64,000 nucleotides of DNA from an uncultured cyanobacterium (GCA_963740315.1 CAVUDP010000004.1:288001-352000); one strand, 5' to 3'; shown: positions 53,115 to 63,495, counted from the first letter of the stretch. Translations and numbers: made by a program. Notes: generated by a model from the letters alone, not told the origin.

Positions 53115-55519
53115 ATGACAAACGAAAACTGGCAAGGTATTAATTTCAAAGACTCAAATCCCACGATTAAAGATAATACTTTCAATTTCCATCAACAGAA
53201 AAGCCTTTTGAACCAATCAAATATCTTCCGAAACATGGAAGTGAAACTTTATCGGCAGAGAAGATGAATTTCATCACTATACACAATTTTCTGAAACAAA
53301 CAATAAAGTCGCCATTTCTTCTTTGTCGGGTATGGGTGGTGTCGGTAAAACTGAGTTAGCGGTACGGTACGCACGAAAACACGAAAATGATTATCCCGGT
53401 GGGATTTGTTGGTTAAATGTTAGAGGTACAAATTTAGCTGCGGAAATTATTCAATTTGTCCAACAAATGGGTTTGCAAGTTCCTCAAAAAGATTTCCAAG
53501 AAAATCCGCTGACTCTGGAACAACAATTAGCTTGGTGTTGGCAAAATTGGCTACCACCAGAAGGTTTTGTGTTGGTAATATTAGATGATGTGACTGATTT
53601 AGAAGATATTTCTGAGTTACTACCATCTTTTCAGCGCTTCCGGGTTTTGATCACAACCAGGTTGCGAGATATCGACACTAATGTTGAGGAAATATCCCTT
53701 GATGTGTTGTCAGCAAAAGAAGCTTTAGAATTATTGAAAAAGTTAATTGGTGAAAGGGAAGTAAATAAAGAATTTTATTCAGCCCAAGAATTATGTAAAT
53801 GGTTGGGATATTTACCTTTAGGGATAGAGTTTGTCGGAAGGTATATACGGGAAAAACCCCCCATTTTTCTTTAAAGAAAATGCTGGAGCAGTTACAACAG
53901 CAACGACTTCAAGACGAAGCAATCAATAGCAAAAAGGATTACGTACAGCCCAATTAGGAGTTTTAGCCGCATTTGAATTAAGTTGGAAAGAACTGAATTC
54001 TACAACACAGCAAGTTGCCACGTTATTAAGTTTATTTGCAGCAGATATTTCTGTGGGAGTGGCTAAAGATGAGTAAATCCCTCAACTTATCTTGGGATGA
54101 ACTGATGTTGAGATAGCTATTAAGGTGAAAAATAAGTTTACCAACGTCATTTGGTTCAGTCTTTAGAATATGAAGATGTATTTTACTATCAAATTCATCC
54201 TTTAATTCGAGAGTTTTTCAAAAATTAAATTACAAACATCTCACAAATAAACGAATTAAAACAAGCAAAGCTTTACCAGCACTTTTATTGAAATTGCTCA
54301 AACAATTCCCGAAACAACAACCCTAGAATTTATCAACTCAGTTAAAAATGCTATTCCCCATTTAGCAGAAGTCGCCGAAAATCATATTCTTGATGTAGTT
54401 AGCAATGACAATTTAATTTGCATTTTCTCTGGTTTAGGGAGATTTTATCAAGGACAGGGTTTATATATATTAGCAGAACCTTGGTATCAGCACTGCGTGT
54501 CAGTAGTAAAATTTCGCTTAGGAGAAAATCATCCCTCCCTGCAACGAGCTTGAACAATTTAGCTAATCTCTACTAATCTCAAGGAAAGTACGAAGCAGCA
54601 GAACCTCTTTTTATTCAAGCATTGGAGTTATATAAACAGCTACTCACAGAAAATCATCCCTCGGTTGCAATCTGAGTTTGAACAATTTAGGTGGACTCTA
54701 CGAATTCTCAAGGAAGGTACGAAGCAGCAGAACCTCTTTATATTCAAGCATTAGAGTTAAGAAAACAGCTACTCACAGAAAATCATCCCGATGTGCACAG
54801 AGCTTGAACAATTTAGCTAATCTCTACAAATCTCAAGGAAGGTACGAAGCAGCAGAACCCTCTTTATCTGCAAGCTTTGGAGTTATTTAAACAGCATCTC
54901 GGAGAAAATCATCCCCATGTTGCAACCAGCTTGAACAATTTAGCTTTACTCTACTTATTCTCAAGAAAAGTACGAAGCAGCAGAACCTCTTTATCTGCAA
55001 GCATTGGAGTTATACAAACAGCTACTCACAGAAAATCATCCCCATGTTGCACAGAGTTTGAACAATTTAGCTTTACTCTACAATTCTCAAGGAAAGTACG
55101 AACAAGCAGAACCCCTTTATATCCAAGCATTGGAGTTATATAAACAGCTACTCACAGAAAATCATCCCGATTTTGCTCTGAGCTTGAACAATTTAGCTTA
55201 CCTCTACAATTCTCAAGAAAAGTACGAAGCAGCAGAACCTCTTTATCTGCAAGCTTTGGAGTTAAGGAAACAGCTACTCACAGAAAATCATCCCGATTTT
55301 GCTCTGAGCTTGAACAATTTAGCTTTACTCTACTACTCTCAAGGAAAGTACGAAGCAGCAGAACCTCTTTATATTCAAGCATTGGAGATTGCGGAACGGG
55401 TTTTGGGGAAAAATCATCCGAATACAGTGACTTTTCGGAAAAACCTGGAATATTTACGTAAAAAGCAACAACAAGATGATTCTTTGTTAGGAGGTTTGAA
55501 AAGGTGGTTTTTCGAGTGA
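53115..55519 (+). pseudogene. NLR-like NB-ARC + TPR gene (NLR2), multiply frameshifted as given
   Basis: ATG 53115 MTNENWQGINFKDSNPTIKDNTFNF; fragments KPFEPIKY, NFIGREDE, GMGGVGKTE, VILDDV, GYLPLG in shifting frames; 7 TPR repeats (54541-55400) with an in-frame TAA and indels; close paralog of 21374-24533. Confidence 0.88.
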
Positions 55520-55553
55520 TATTTTGTGAAGTGTAGAATCCCGATTTTTGGAA

Positions 55554-55638
55554 CTGTCATTGCGAGTCGAATACAGGGTAGCGATCGCACTCGTTGGTAG
55601 TTGAGGTGTTGGGATTGCTTCCTTCGTCGCAATGACAG
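55554..55638 (-). repeat. GTCATTGCGA palindromic element downstream of NLR2
   Basis: Minus strand CTGTCATTGCGACGAAGGAAGCAATCCCAACACC...CTCGCAATGACAG; left arm matches the 20885 copy. Confidence 0.88.
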
Positions 55639-55702
55639 TTTGACATTCAAAAGCCAGACGGAATATCAAATTCTGCTTCCGGGCTAATAATTCACCGATC
55701 GT

Positions 55703-55927
55703 TCATTTATCAAAACCCAATCGCTGCTTAACCTCTTCCCAAGTTGAACCCTGCTGTGGATTTTGACGATGCAATTCTAATCTTCTATCTAATTCTTGTT
55801 TTTGACTTTCGCTTAAAGGAAAATCAGCATTACTCTTAGCCAGAATACTATCCCATAAATCCTCAGCTAGTTGTATCCGCTCAGATACGCTTAATTCCGA
55901 AATATCAACTTTTAATATAGGATGCAT
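55703..55927 (-). CDS. Orphan addiction-module antitoxin component
   Basis: LSVSERIQLAEDLWDSI, QKQELDRR, TWEEVK; no cognate toxin follows. Confidence 0.85.
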   Translation of the reverse strand: MHPILKVDISELSVSERIQLAEDLWDSILAKSNADFPLSESQKQELDRRLELHRQNPQQGSTWEEVKQRLGFDK

Positions 55928-55978
55928 AGTTATTTTTTTTAATTGACTATTATTTATAATATTAAGTTAATCACCTAC

Positions 55979-56383
55979 TCATTTAAAAACAAACAAGCTC
56001 GAATCAACATGAAATAAATTTCCTAATTCTACAGCCTGTTGTGAAGTTATTTTTAATTCATTATTGATAACTTTATCAACATTTTCTATAGAACCAAAAA
56101 TTGGAATTAAAATTTTCTTGTTTTTCTCTTGTGCTTCCATTAAATGAAGCATTATAGAGCAAGGTGTAGATTTATTTAATTGATAATGTTTATCTTCAAA
56201 ATCTTCAATCAATTTGACTAATAGGTCTAAAATCGTATTTTCTTCTGGTGTTAGATTTTTACGCGCTAGCAATTCTTCTACAACCTCTAAGAATTCCTCA
56301 TTCTCTGCTTCTGTTTGGATAATTCGAGGTTGATATTTAGAGAGTAATTGACTATAAATTTCTGAATTAATAGTAAGGGTCAT
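55979..56383 (-). CDS. HigA-like antitoxin (copy 2)
   Basis: MTLTINSEIYSQLLSKYQPRII.TE.EN, LLVKLIEDFE, HLMEAQ, LFHVDSSLF; paralog of 56707-57111. Confidence 0.85.
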   Translation of the reverse strand: MTLTINSEIYSQLLSKYQPRIIQTEAENEEFLEVVEELLARKNLTPEENTILDLLVKLIEDFEDKHYQLNKSTPCSIMLHLMEAQEKNKKILIPIFGSIENVDKVINNELKITSQQAVELGNLFHVDSSLFVFK

Positions 56384-56412
56384 TTTTCCACTTATCTTTG
56401 TCATATTCTGCG
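56367..56412 (-). pseudogene. 3' remnant of a second higB
   Basis: Encodes AEYDKDKWKNDPYY*, nearly identical to the end of HigB at 57095; begins at HIP1 site 56410-56417. Confidence 0.75.
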
Positions 56413-56429
56413 ATCGCTGTGATATTTAT

Positions 56430-56642
56430 CTAAATTAAGAATCTAGCCATTGGTTTCTTCTGCTTTAATTTCATTGCAGTTTCTATACCAGTTTTATCAA
56501 TTCCATATTCGCCAGTTTCCGCATCAATTGTAATCATCTTGCCAATATTTTCACCATGCTCAACTTGTTGGCGAATACCATTTTCGTAAAATTCTTTAGC
56601 TCTTTGGGCAACTTCTTCTACAGTCCAGAAAAGCGATCGCAT
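56430..56642 (-). CDS. Small hypothetical protein (possibly truncated)
   Basis: 70-aa ORF with YENGIRQQVE..ENIGKMITIDAETGEY.ID pattern seen in small cyanobacterial TA-like loci. Confidence 0.6.
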   Translation of the reverse strand: MRSLFWTVEEVAQRAKEFYENGIRQQVEHGENIGKMITIDAETGEYGIDKTGIETAMKLKQKKPMARFLI

Positions 56643-56706
56643 AATAATTAAACCTACTTTTGGTCTAGTGTTTTTTATCTTTTAATTATAACTTTAAGTC
56701 GATCGC

Positions 56707-57111
56707 CTACTTATTTAAAAACAAACTCGCATCAACATGAAATAAATTTCCCAATTTCTGAGCCTGTTCTAAATTTATTTCTAAATCACTATTTATAACT
56801 TGATCGACTATCTCAAGGGAACCAAAAACTTGTATTAAACTTTCCTTCGTTTTATCTTGCGCTTCCATTAAATGTAGAAGCATCGAACTAGCTGTACCTT
56901 TAGGAATTGGATAATGAACTTCTTCAAATTTTTCAATTAGTATTATCAAAAGTTCTAAAAGCGTTTCTTCTTCCGGCGTTTTATTCGGACGATGCTCTAA
57001 TTCTTCAGCCAGAGCTATAGCTTGGTCATTCTCTTCTTCTGTCGCAATTGTTTTTGGTTGATACTTAGCTAATAATTGACCATAAGATTCAGCATTAAAA
57101 GTACGGGTCAT
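56707..57111 (-). CDS. higA: HigA-like antitoxin
   Basis: YGQLLAKYQPKTIATEEEN, LLIILIEKFE..HY, HLMEAQ; overlaps higB 3' end. Confidence 0.85.
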   Translation of the reverse strand: MTRTFNAESYGQLLAKYQPKTIATEEENDQAIALAEELEHRPNKTPEEETLLELLIILIEKFEEVHYPIPKGTASSMLLHLMEAQDKTKESLIQVFGSLEIVDQVINSDLEINLEQAQKLGNLFHVDASLFLNK

Positions 57112-57394
57112 TTTTCCATTTATCCTTATCGTATTCAGCGTGAGTCAGAACATATTTAATATAGATTCTCTGGCTAGAATAAATAATATCTACTATTAAA
57201 CGGTAGTTGTTTCCTTTTATATTAAATACAGTAAAATTGCCAACAGCTTCAGCCTTTGGATAAATCATTTGAATATCAATAAGATTTTTCCATTCAGCTT
57301 TAGTAGCTACCCTATACCAATCATAAAGCGCATCACAAGAATCCGCGTGTACCTCACAATATTCTCGCAGGATTTTGCGACTAATTACGTGCAT
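57095..57394 (-). CDS. higB: HigB family toxin (mRNA interferase)
   Basis: MHVISRK.LREY, VFNIKGNNYRLI, YIKYVLTHAEYDK. Confidence 0.92.
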   Translation of the reverse strand: MHVISRKILREYCEVHADSCDALYDWYRVATKAEWKNLIDIQMIYPKAEAVGNFTVFNIKGNNYRLIVDIIYSSQRIYIKYVLTHAEYDKDKWKNDPYF

Positions 57395-57420
57395 GATATT
57401 TGTTAGCGGATAATTTTCTA

Positions 57421-57590
57421 CTAATCATATAGTGCTTCATCGCATATAGAGATCGAAGTATATTTACCACTTTCAACTTGACTTTGGATAAATTTATCAA
57501 ATTCAGTAGTTAAGGAGATACTTATAAATATTTAATCAAAAACTTCTACTAAATCGTCCTTCGTCATATCCTGCGCTTCCATCAGATGTA
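57421..57590 (-). pseudogene. Fused remnants of a HigA-like gene and a ParD-like (ribbon-helix-helix) antitoxin
   Basis: 57531-57590 encodes IHLMEAQDMTKDDLVEVF; 57421-57525 encodes ISISLTTEFDKFIQSQVESGKYTS with ATA where a start would be. Confidence 0.6.
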
Positions 57591-57680
57591 TAAATGCTGA
57601 AAAAGTAAAAAAACTTAACTGGTAACTGCTAACTGTTAACTGTTCACTGATAACATTATGAGAAAATTGAGGGAATCCCA

Positions 57681-58421
57681 ATGGTGTGGCAGCGTCCGGA
57701 TGGTAGAAAGGCTGACGAACTTCGTCCTGTTATTTTTGTAAAAGATTTTACACGTTATGCTGCTGGTTCGGTTCTGGCAAAGTGTGGTGAAACTCAAGTG
57801 CTTTGTACCGTTAGCGTTAACGAAGGAGTACCCAGATTTCTCATGGATAGCGGTAAAGGTTGGTTAACAGCCGAGTATCGAATGTTGCCCGGAGCAACTC
57901 AACAGCGACACCAAAGAGAAACCATGAAATTATCGGGGAGAACTCAAGAAATTCAGCGTTTGATAGGACGCAGTTTAAGAGCCGCTTTAGATTTTGAAGC
58001 CTTGGGAGAACGTACTTTGACGGTAGATGCAGACGTACTGCAAGCCGACGCTGGAACCCGCACCACAGCCATCACCGGGGGATTTGTGGCATTAGCGATC
58101 GCCATTTCTAAATTGATCGATGAAGGTGTTTTAGAGCGATCGCCAATAATCGGACAAATCGCCGCAGTTTCTGTAGGTTTACTAGAAGGAGAAGCATTTT
58201 TAGATTTAAACTATCCCGAAGACGTTGCTGCTGATGTAGATTTCAACGTAGTGATGAATCAAAATCAAGGAATCATCGAAGTTCAAGGAACAGCAGAAGA
58301 AGGTAGTTTTAGCCGTACTCAATTAAATAGCTTATTAGATTGTGCCGAAAAAGGCATCGAGCAACTATTAGCCACGCAAAGAGAAGCTATACCGCAGTGG
58401 GGGGAGATATTTGCAGGGTAG
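57681..58421 (+). CDS. rph: Ribonuclease PH
   Basis: [50 protein letters not shown]. Confidence 0.97.
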   Translation: MVWQRPDGRKADELRPVIFVKDFTRYAAGSVLAKCGETQVLCTVSVNEGVPRFLMDSGKGWLTAEYRMLPGATQQRHQRETMKLSGRTQEIQRLIGRSLRAALDFEALGERTLTVDADVLQADAGTRTTAITGGFVALAIAISKLIDEGVLERSPIIGQIAAVSVGLLEGEAFLDLNYPEDVAADVDFNVVMNQNQGIIEVQGTAEEGSFSRTQLNSLLDCAEKGIEQLLATQREAIPQWGEIFAG

Positions 58422-58790
58422 AGGGGAGATGGGGAGATGGGGGGATGGGGAGATTGTAATTAGAAATATAAAACCATAAGTAGTGCGAGCATCTTGCTCG
58501 CTCGATACAAGATCGTAAGATGCTTGCTTGCACTACTAACCTCTTATCCCCTTTTTTAAAGGCGCTTGTTATTAAGCGCTCATATGATAGATCGCAAGAT
58601 GCTTGCTCGCACTACTAACCTCTTGTCCTTTTGTCCCCTTGTCTCCCCCTCTCCCTATCTCCCCATCCCCCCCGCTCGCCGCACGCTCCGCGTGAACGGG
58701 TTGCGCCACTTCTCTCAACGGTCGTGTTCCTCCGCACGTTTTGGGCTTACCATCTCCCCATCTCCCCCTCTCCCAATGCCCAATTCCCAT
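58422..58790. repeat. Mosaic of STRRs and GTAG-type palindromes
   Basis: GGGGAGAT/ATCTCCCC runs; GTAGTGCGAGCATCTTGCTCGC plus two copies of AAGATGCTTGCT(T/C)GCACTACTAACCTCTT; GC-rich short hairpins. Confidence 0.7.
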
Positions 58791-58873
58791 TATTAAAAGT
58801 TCCACAAGTAGAAAGCAGAATTACAATATCAACGGTATGGTTATCCCAGAAGTGAGCTAGGTTGTTTTAGCTG

Positions 58874-59596
58874 ATGAATAAAAAAGTTGAAGTATTAGTG
58901 GATAAGAAAGCGGTGGTAGAGCGGGCGCTTTCCCTAATTTTGTCGAAAGTAGAAACTGCTATTCAACAACGCGGACGTTTCACTATTGCGTTGTCTGGTG
59001 GTAGCACTCCCAAACCGTTGTATGAAGCATTGGGTAAGCAACAACTGCCTTGGGATAAAATTCATGTACTATGGGGTGACGAACGTTATGTTGCAGCAGA
59101 TCATGCCGATAGCAATCAGTTGATGGCGCGTAGTGCATGGCTGGATAAAGTTGATATTCCTGCCTATAATATTCACGCGATGCCTACGGATGCACCCGAT
59201 CCTGCTGAAGCTGCGGCACTGTACGAACAAGATTTACGGAAATTGTTTGATGCAAAACCAGGAGAATTTCCGGCAATTGATGTGATTTTGCTGGGAATGG
59301 GCGACGATGCTCATACTGCGTCTTTGTTTCCTAACACAGAAGCATTGAAAGTTACCGATAAGCTAGTTACAGTAGGCAACAAAGATAGTTCGATCCGTCT
59401 TAGTTTTACTTATCCATTTATTAACGCGGCTGAATGCGTCATATTTTTGGTAGCTGGTGAGAATAAAAGACCAGCTTTAGCTCAAGTTTTCGCACCAACG
59501 GCATCGTCCACTACTTATCCTTCTCGTTTGATTCAACCCCAAAAAGAACTTTGGTGGCTTTTAGATCGGGCTGCTGGTGCGGAAATCAAAGTTTAA
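58874..59596 (+). CDS. pgl: 6-phosphogluconolactonase (DevB/Pgl)
   Basis: ALSGGSTP, WGDERYV, LLGMGDDAHTASLFP. Confidence 0.96.
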   Translation: MNKKVEVLVDKKAVVERALSLILSKVETAIQQRGRFTIALSGGSTPKPLYEALGKQQLPWDKIHVLWGDERYVAADHADSNQLMARSAWLDKVDIPAYNIHAMPTDAPDPAEAAALYEQDLRKLFDAKPGEFPAIDVILLGMGDDAHTASLFPNTEALKVTDKLVTVGNKDSSIRLSFTYPFINAAECVIFLVAGENKRPALAQVFAPTASSTTYPSRLIQPQKELWWLLDRAAGAEIKV

Positions 59597-59887
59597 CGGC
59601 GAAATTGTAAGTAATTGTTAAAATCAAAAGCGACCGAAAAATTTTAGATTTTAGATTTTGCGGAAAGTTTGGGGTGTAGATGTTCTTCCCCCAAAACTTT
59701 CCTGCTCCAGATTTTGGATTAAATTACGAATGGTTTCAAGCCCCTAGTTTTAACAATCCAAAATCTTCAAGCCCTGCTCCTGCAATTGATGCGGAAAATC
59801 CTAAATCCTAAATCCTAAATTGAGTCACAGATGCTTGTCTGCTTGCCAGCACTATTTTACGATGAACTTGAGAAAAGGTTTAATTCC

Positions 59888-60790
59888 ATGATTGTCTGCC
59901 CGAACTGCAATCATCCCAACCCAGATGGCGCTGTCCAATGCGAAGCTTGCTATACCCCCCTACCGGCAACTACTAGCTGTCCGGGCTGCGGGGCAACCGT
60001 GCAAGCAGATGCGTCTTTTTGCGGACAGTGTGGTTACAATTTACGCTCTCTTCCCGGAGTAGAACCAACCGTTGCTCCCGATACTCCAGTAGAGGTACCA
60101 TCTTTGGGCGATCCACCAACTGTTAACGTGAATCAGGAAGAAGCTTCTTCTTTACCACCAACAGCAGTAGCAGTTCCCCAAGGATTTGAACCACCATCCA
60201 CCGAAGTTAGTCCTCCACCAACTATGCCATCCGAACCCGAAAGTGGAGAACAAGAAATAGCAACTCCACTTCCAGCAGTTACACCACCCCCGGTTAACGT
60301 TGCCGAACCTGCACCCGCATCAGTTGAAGAGGAAGAAGCTTCCTTTTTTGAGGCATTACCAGATTTAACAACAGAACCGGAGCCTGAAACAGAACCGGAA
60401 ACTGCACCCGCACCCGCACCTCCACCCGCAGCAAGTTCTCCTTCTAGAACTCAATTGCAGCAGGTAAGCGCTCGCTTGATTCATGTTAAAAGCGATACAC
60501 AAATTGAACTACCGCAAAATCTTTCCGTAATTCATATTGGTAAAGCAAACGATCGAGTTCCCCCAGATATTGACATTTCTGGATTTGAAAACTCGGAAGT
60601 TGTTTCGCGGATTCATGCCGATATTCGAGTTGAAGGAGACGCTTACTATATCGAAGATGTAGGAAGTTCCAACGGTACCTACGTTAACGGAATGTCCTTG
60701 CTACCCGGAAATCGTCACCGCTTGCGCCCTGGCGATCGCATAAGTATGGGTAAAGGAGAATTGGTAGGTTTCTTATTCCAAATTTCTTAA
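59888..60790 (+). CDS. fraH: FraH-like protein (double zinc ribbon, Pro-rich linker, FHA)
   Basis: Four CxxC pairs, Pro/Glu linker, FHA VSRIHA...SSNGTYVN; follows devB/pgl as in Anabaena. Confidence 0.8.
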   Translation: MIVCPNCNHPNPDGAVQCEACYTPLPATTSCPGCGATVQADASFCGQCGYNLRSLPGVEPTVAPDTPVEVPSLGDPPTVNVNQEEASSLPPTAVAVPQGFEPPSTEVSPPPTMPSEPESGEQEIATPLPAVTPPPVNVAEPAPASVEEEEASFFEALPDLTTEPEPETEPETAPAPAPPPAASSPSRTQLQQVSARLIHVKSDTQIELPQNLSVIHIGKANDRVPPDIDISGFENSEVVSRIHADIRVEGDAYYIEDVGSSNGTYVNGMSLLPGNRHRLRPGDRISMGKGELVGFLFQIS

Positions 60791-60813
60791 TTTCTTAAAC
60801 TTAAAAAGTTAAC

Positions 60814-60847
60814 AAAACCCTTCTCTAAGAATCAAGAGAGGGGTTTT
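60814..60847. terminator. Intrinsic terminator after fraH
   Basis: AAAACCCTTCTCT...AGAGAGGGGTTTT stem-loop. Confidence 0.65.
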
Positions 60848-60957
60848 ACATTTATGGGTAATTGGTAATCGGAAGTATTAAAGATATCTATAAACCATTA
60901 AAATTGCAGAAAACATCATTACAGATGACACTTTAATGACTCGATCGGTGAAGTAAT

Positions 60958-61048
60958 TTTTAGTTCGTAGTAAGCGATTTATCGCTCTCTTAAGCACTAT
61001 CTAACGCGAAAGAGAAGGACTGAAGTCCTTACTACGAACCTAATATTT
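60958..61048 (+). repeat. 91-bp direct repeat copy 1 (paired GTAG-type palindrome)
   Basis: GTTCGTAGTAAG...CTTACTACGAAC inverted ends; identical to 61675-61765. Confidence 0.9.
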
Positions 61049-61217
61049 ACGATTGTAATATCAATTTGTTAACCCTCAATCGAATAGCCCCTTAAGTACG
61101 GAAACACGGACATCATCCGATCGAAGCAATTGTTACAGACATCACCTATGATTTTCGGTAGATGAGAATCTCAAGATAATGTTGTATCCTTGTCCGTGTT
61201 TGTCTACGGTGAATGCG

Positions 61218-61673
61218 ATGAAATTTCTACTCAGTGGTGTAATTGTTACTTTGGGGCTGTTACCCATGACGGCACAAGCACAACAGCAATCCTTGAATAC
61301 TCAAGTTTCAGCAATGGTAGAAGCATTGCGATTGGCTGCACCAAAAACAGGGAAAGTAAATGATGGATATTACAGCGAATGGCAAGTTAAACCAGAAACT
61401 TTGAAAGCTTGGTCAAAATTTTGTTTGAAAAAAGAAGTTACACCAGCAGAGTTTGAAAAGAATGCTCAATTAGCTCGTCAAGTCGTTAGTTGTGTCACCC
61501 AACGAGAATTAAAAGGACAATTAGCAGCTACAAATAATAATCAAACAGAAGCCGTGCGTCGTACAGCTTGTTGGTGGATGACTGGTGAATACAAAGGCTG
61601 CAATAGTGGTTTTACTGCTGATTATGTGAAAAAAGTTTTAGGTTATTACCAGAAACCAAAAATCAGCACGTAA
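61218..61673 (+). CDS. Hypothetical secreted protein
   Basis: Signal peptide MKFLL...AQA; VEALRLAAP, YSEWQVK, ACWWMTG with paired cysteines. Confidence 0.75.
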   Translation: MKFLLSGVIVTLGLLPMTAQAQQQSLNTQVSAMVEALRLAAPKTGKVNDGYYSEWQVKPETLKAWSKFCLKKEVTPAEFEKNAQLARQVVSCVTQRELKGQLAATNNNQTEAVRRTACWWMTGEYKGCNSGFTADYVKKVLGYYQKPKIST

Positions 61674-61674
61674 A

Positions 61675-61765
61675 TTTTAGTTCGTAGTAAGCGATTTATC
61701 GCTCTCTTAAGCACTATCTAACGCGAAAGAGAAGGACTGAAGTCCTTACTACGAACCTAATATTT
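61675..61765 (+). repeat. 91-bp direct repeat copy 2
   Basis: Identical to 60958-61048. Confidence 0.9.
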
Positions 61766-61842
61766 TAGTTTTTAGGTTGGGTGGAACTTTGTTACACTGG
61801 GAGCATCAAACATACAGAATTCATTCAATTTTTCTGCAATAT

Positions 61843-62467
61843 TCATGATTGTAATATCAATTTGTTATCCCTTACTCGAATTGACTTTAACTTTTTGATA
61901 ATAGGATTTGCTTCTTTTCCGATTTGTTCTCTTATTGATTGTAGTGAATTTCGATTATCTGGGGTTTTTGAAGCAATAATAAAATGAATAATACCGGATG
62001 AAAAACCCTTTTGACTAAGCTTATATTCCGAGTTATCAATATTTTTGTTAAATGAGCTTATGAATCTACGATATTCAACAACTTGACCGTTTTCTATCTC
62101 AAATTTAACCGCTCGTTGACTCAAAAGAGTATTATTAGATGTGAAAAATAATTTCGTTATTTTGAATATCAAAGCAATTAAATGCCTCAAAAGCTTTGTA
62201 TTTTACAGGTCTTCTTAAATATTCAAGATTAACTTCTGCATAAAGTACGTTAATATCCTCAGCAGATAAAACTAATTCTACACTTCTATCAAAACGAACG
62301 GCTGTATTGAAAGCTATTACACGTCCTCTAACTTCTGGATATTTTTCTATACTGATTTCTTTTAATGGTGGCAACCCTAAGTCCAAATCTATTTTATTAC
62401 CAATAAATATTAAAGCTATTAAATTATCAAATGACCATCCTAATACAGTGATAGGTAGGCGCTGCAT
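61843..62467 (-). pseudogene. Hypothetical gene apparently split by a frameshift near 62150-62190
   Basis: Two overlapping same-strand ORFs (62135-62557 with ATG at 62467; 61843-62190 with weak start), low GC. Confidence 0.4.
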
Positions 62468-62593
62468 ATGTATATAATGATTATGAGAATAACAAAATTT
62501 TATTATCTCAAATATCCTACGAAACTTAAAACTATAAAGGCATTCCCCTAATCGCAAAGGGTAAAATTAAAGAACTTAAACCCATTCACAGTT

Positions 62594-62827
62594 ATGACCA
62601 CTAAAATTACATTAGAACTAGATGAATCTTTGCTTCAAAAAGCAGAACGTTGGGCGCAGCAGCAACAACTTTCCCTAACTGAAGCGATTTCTAGTTTTCT
62701 ACGTCAGTTACCAGAAGCGGATGCGATCGCGCAACAGGAACATCCTTTAGCGAAGTTTGCTGGAATTTTAAGTGATTCTGAAGCTTTAGAATTACAGCAG
62801 GTAATCGCCGCATTTGAGCAGATTTAA
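62594..62827 (+). CDS. Orphan antitoxin-like small protein
   Basis: KITLELDESLLQKAERWA RHH-like start; HPLAKFAGILSD tail typical of VapB-like partners; no toxin downstream. Confidence 0.6.
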   Translation: MTTKITLELDESLLQKAERWAQQQQLSLTEAISSFLRQLPEADAIAQQEHPLAKFAGILSDSEALELQQVIAAFEQI

Positions 62828-63231
62828 ACATCTTGTTTTAAAAAACCTCGTAATTTAACAAGTTCTCTCCTTTGTTTTGCACTATCTGCGAATTCATCTA
62901 ATTTCTCTATTAATTTGATAACAGCAGTTTTAACTTCTTCTATAAATTGATATTTATTCAAAATAATTGTTTTCTGACTTCCATATTCTATTTCAAGTAG
63001 GTTGTTTTTACAGCTAAAAATAAGATCGTTAGGTTCAACTATTGTGTCTGCTCTTACTACATCTTCTGTTTTCATACGTTCAACTCCCTCCACAAAAGCT
63101 TCAAAAAAATTATCGAGATATATATAATCTTTTATAATAATTCCTTCATCTCCTGAAATCTGAATATTTCCTATTGGATCGTATAAATCTGCTTTGTCTG
63201 ACCTATGCAAATTCCATTCTAAATAATTCAT
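62824..63231 (-). CDS. Hypothetical acidic protein
   Basis: ATG-started 135-aa low-GC ORF; no recognised motif. Confidence 0.55.
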   Translation of the reverse strand: MNYLEWNLHRSDKADLYDPIGNIQISGDEGIIIKDYIYLDNFFEAFVEGVERMKTEDVVRADTIVEPNDLIFSCKNNLLEIEYGSQKTIILNKYQFIEEVKTAVIKLIEKLDEFADSAKQRRELVKLRGFLKQDV

Positions 63232-63430
63232 AATTCAGTTTATTTATTATCAAATATGAATAACTTCTTCAGTCCATTTTAATGGACTTATGCTAATTGG
63301 TTCCTGGGAATTGCATACGACGGTAGGTATGAGCGAAGTTTCAAAATTTTTCATCACCACGAAATGTTGGCTTTCGTTCTTCAACCCAACCTACCATCGT
63401 TAATTAATTCATCGTTAATTCACAACTTCA

Positions 63431-63495
63431 TGGTGCGTGACGCTACAAAATTTTTTGTTTAACTCGATCGTTATAATTTGCGTCACACACCCTAC
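63431..63495 (-). repeat. GTAG-tagged hairpin element
   Basis: TGGTGCGTGACGC...GCGTCACACACCCTAC (reverse orientation of the 30486 element). Confidence 0.8.

Noticed and set aside
58566..58855. Three short ORFs between rph and pgl
   Set aside because: They are translations of an STRR/palindrome mosaic.
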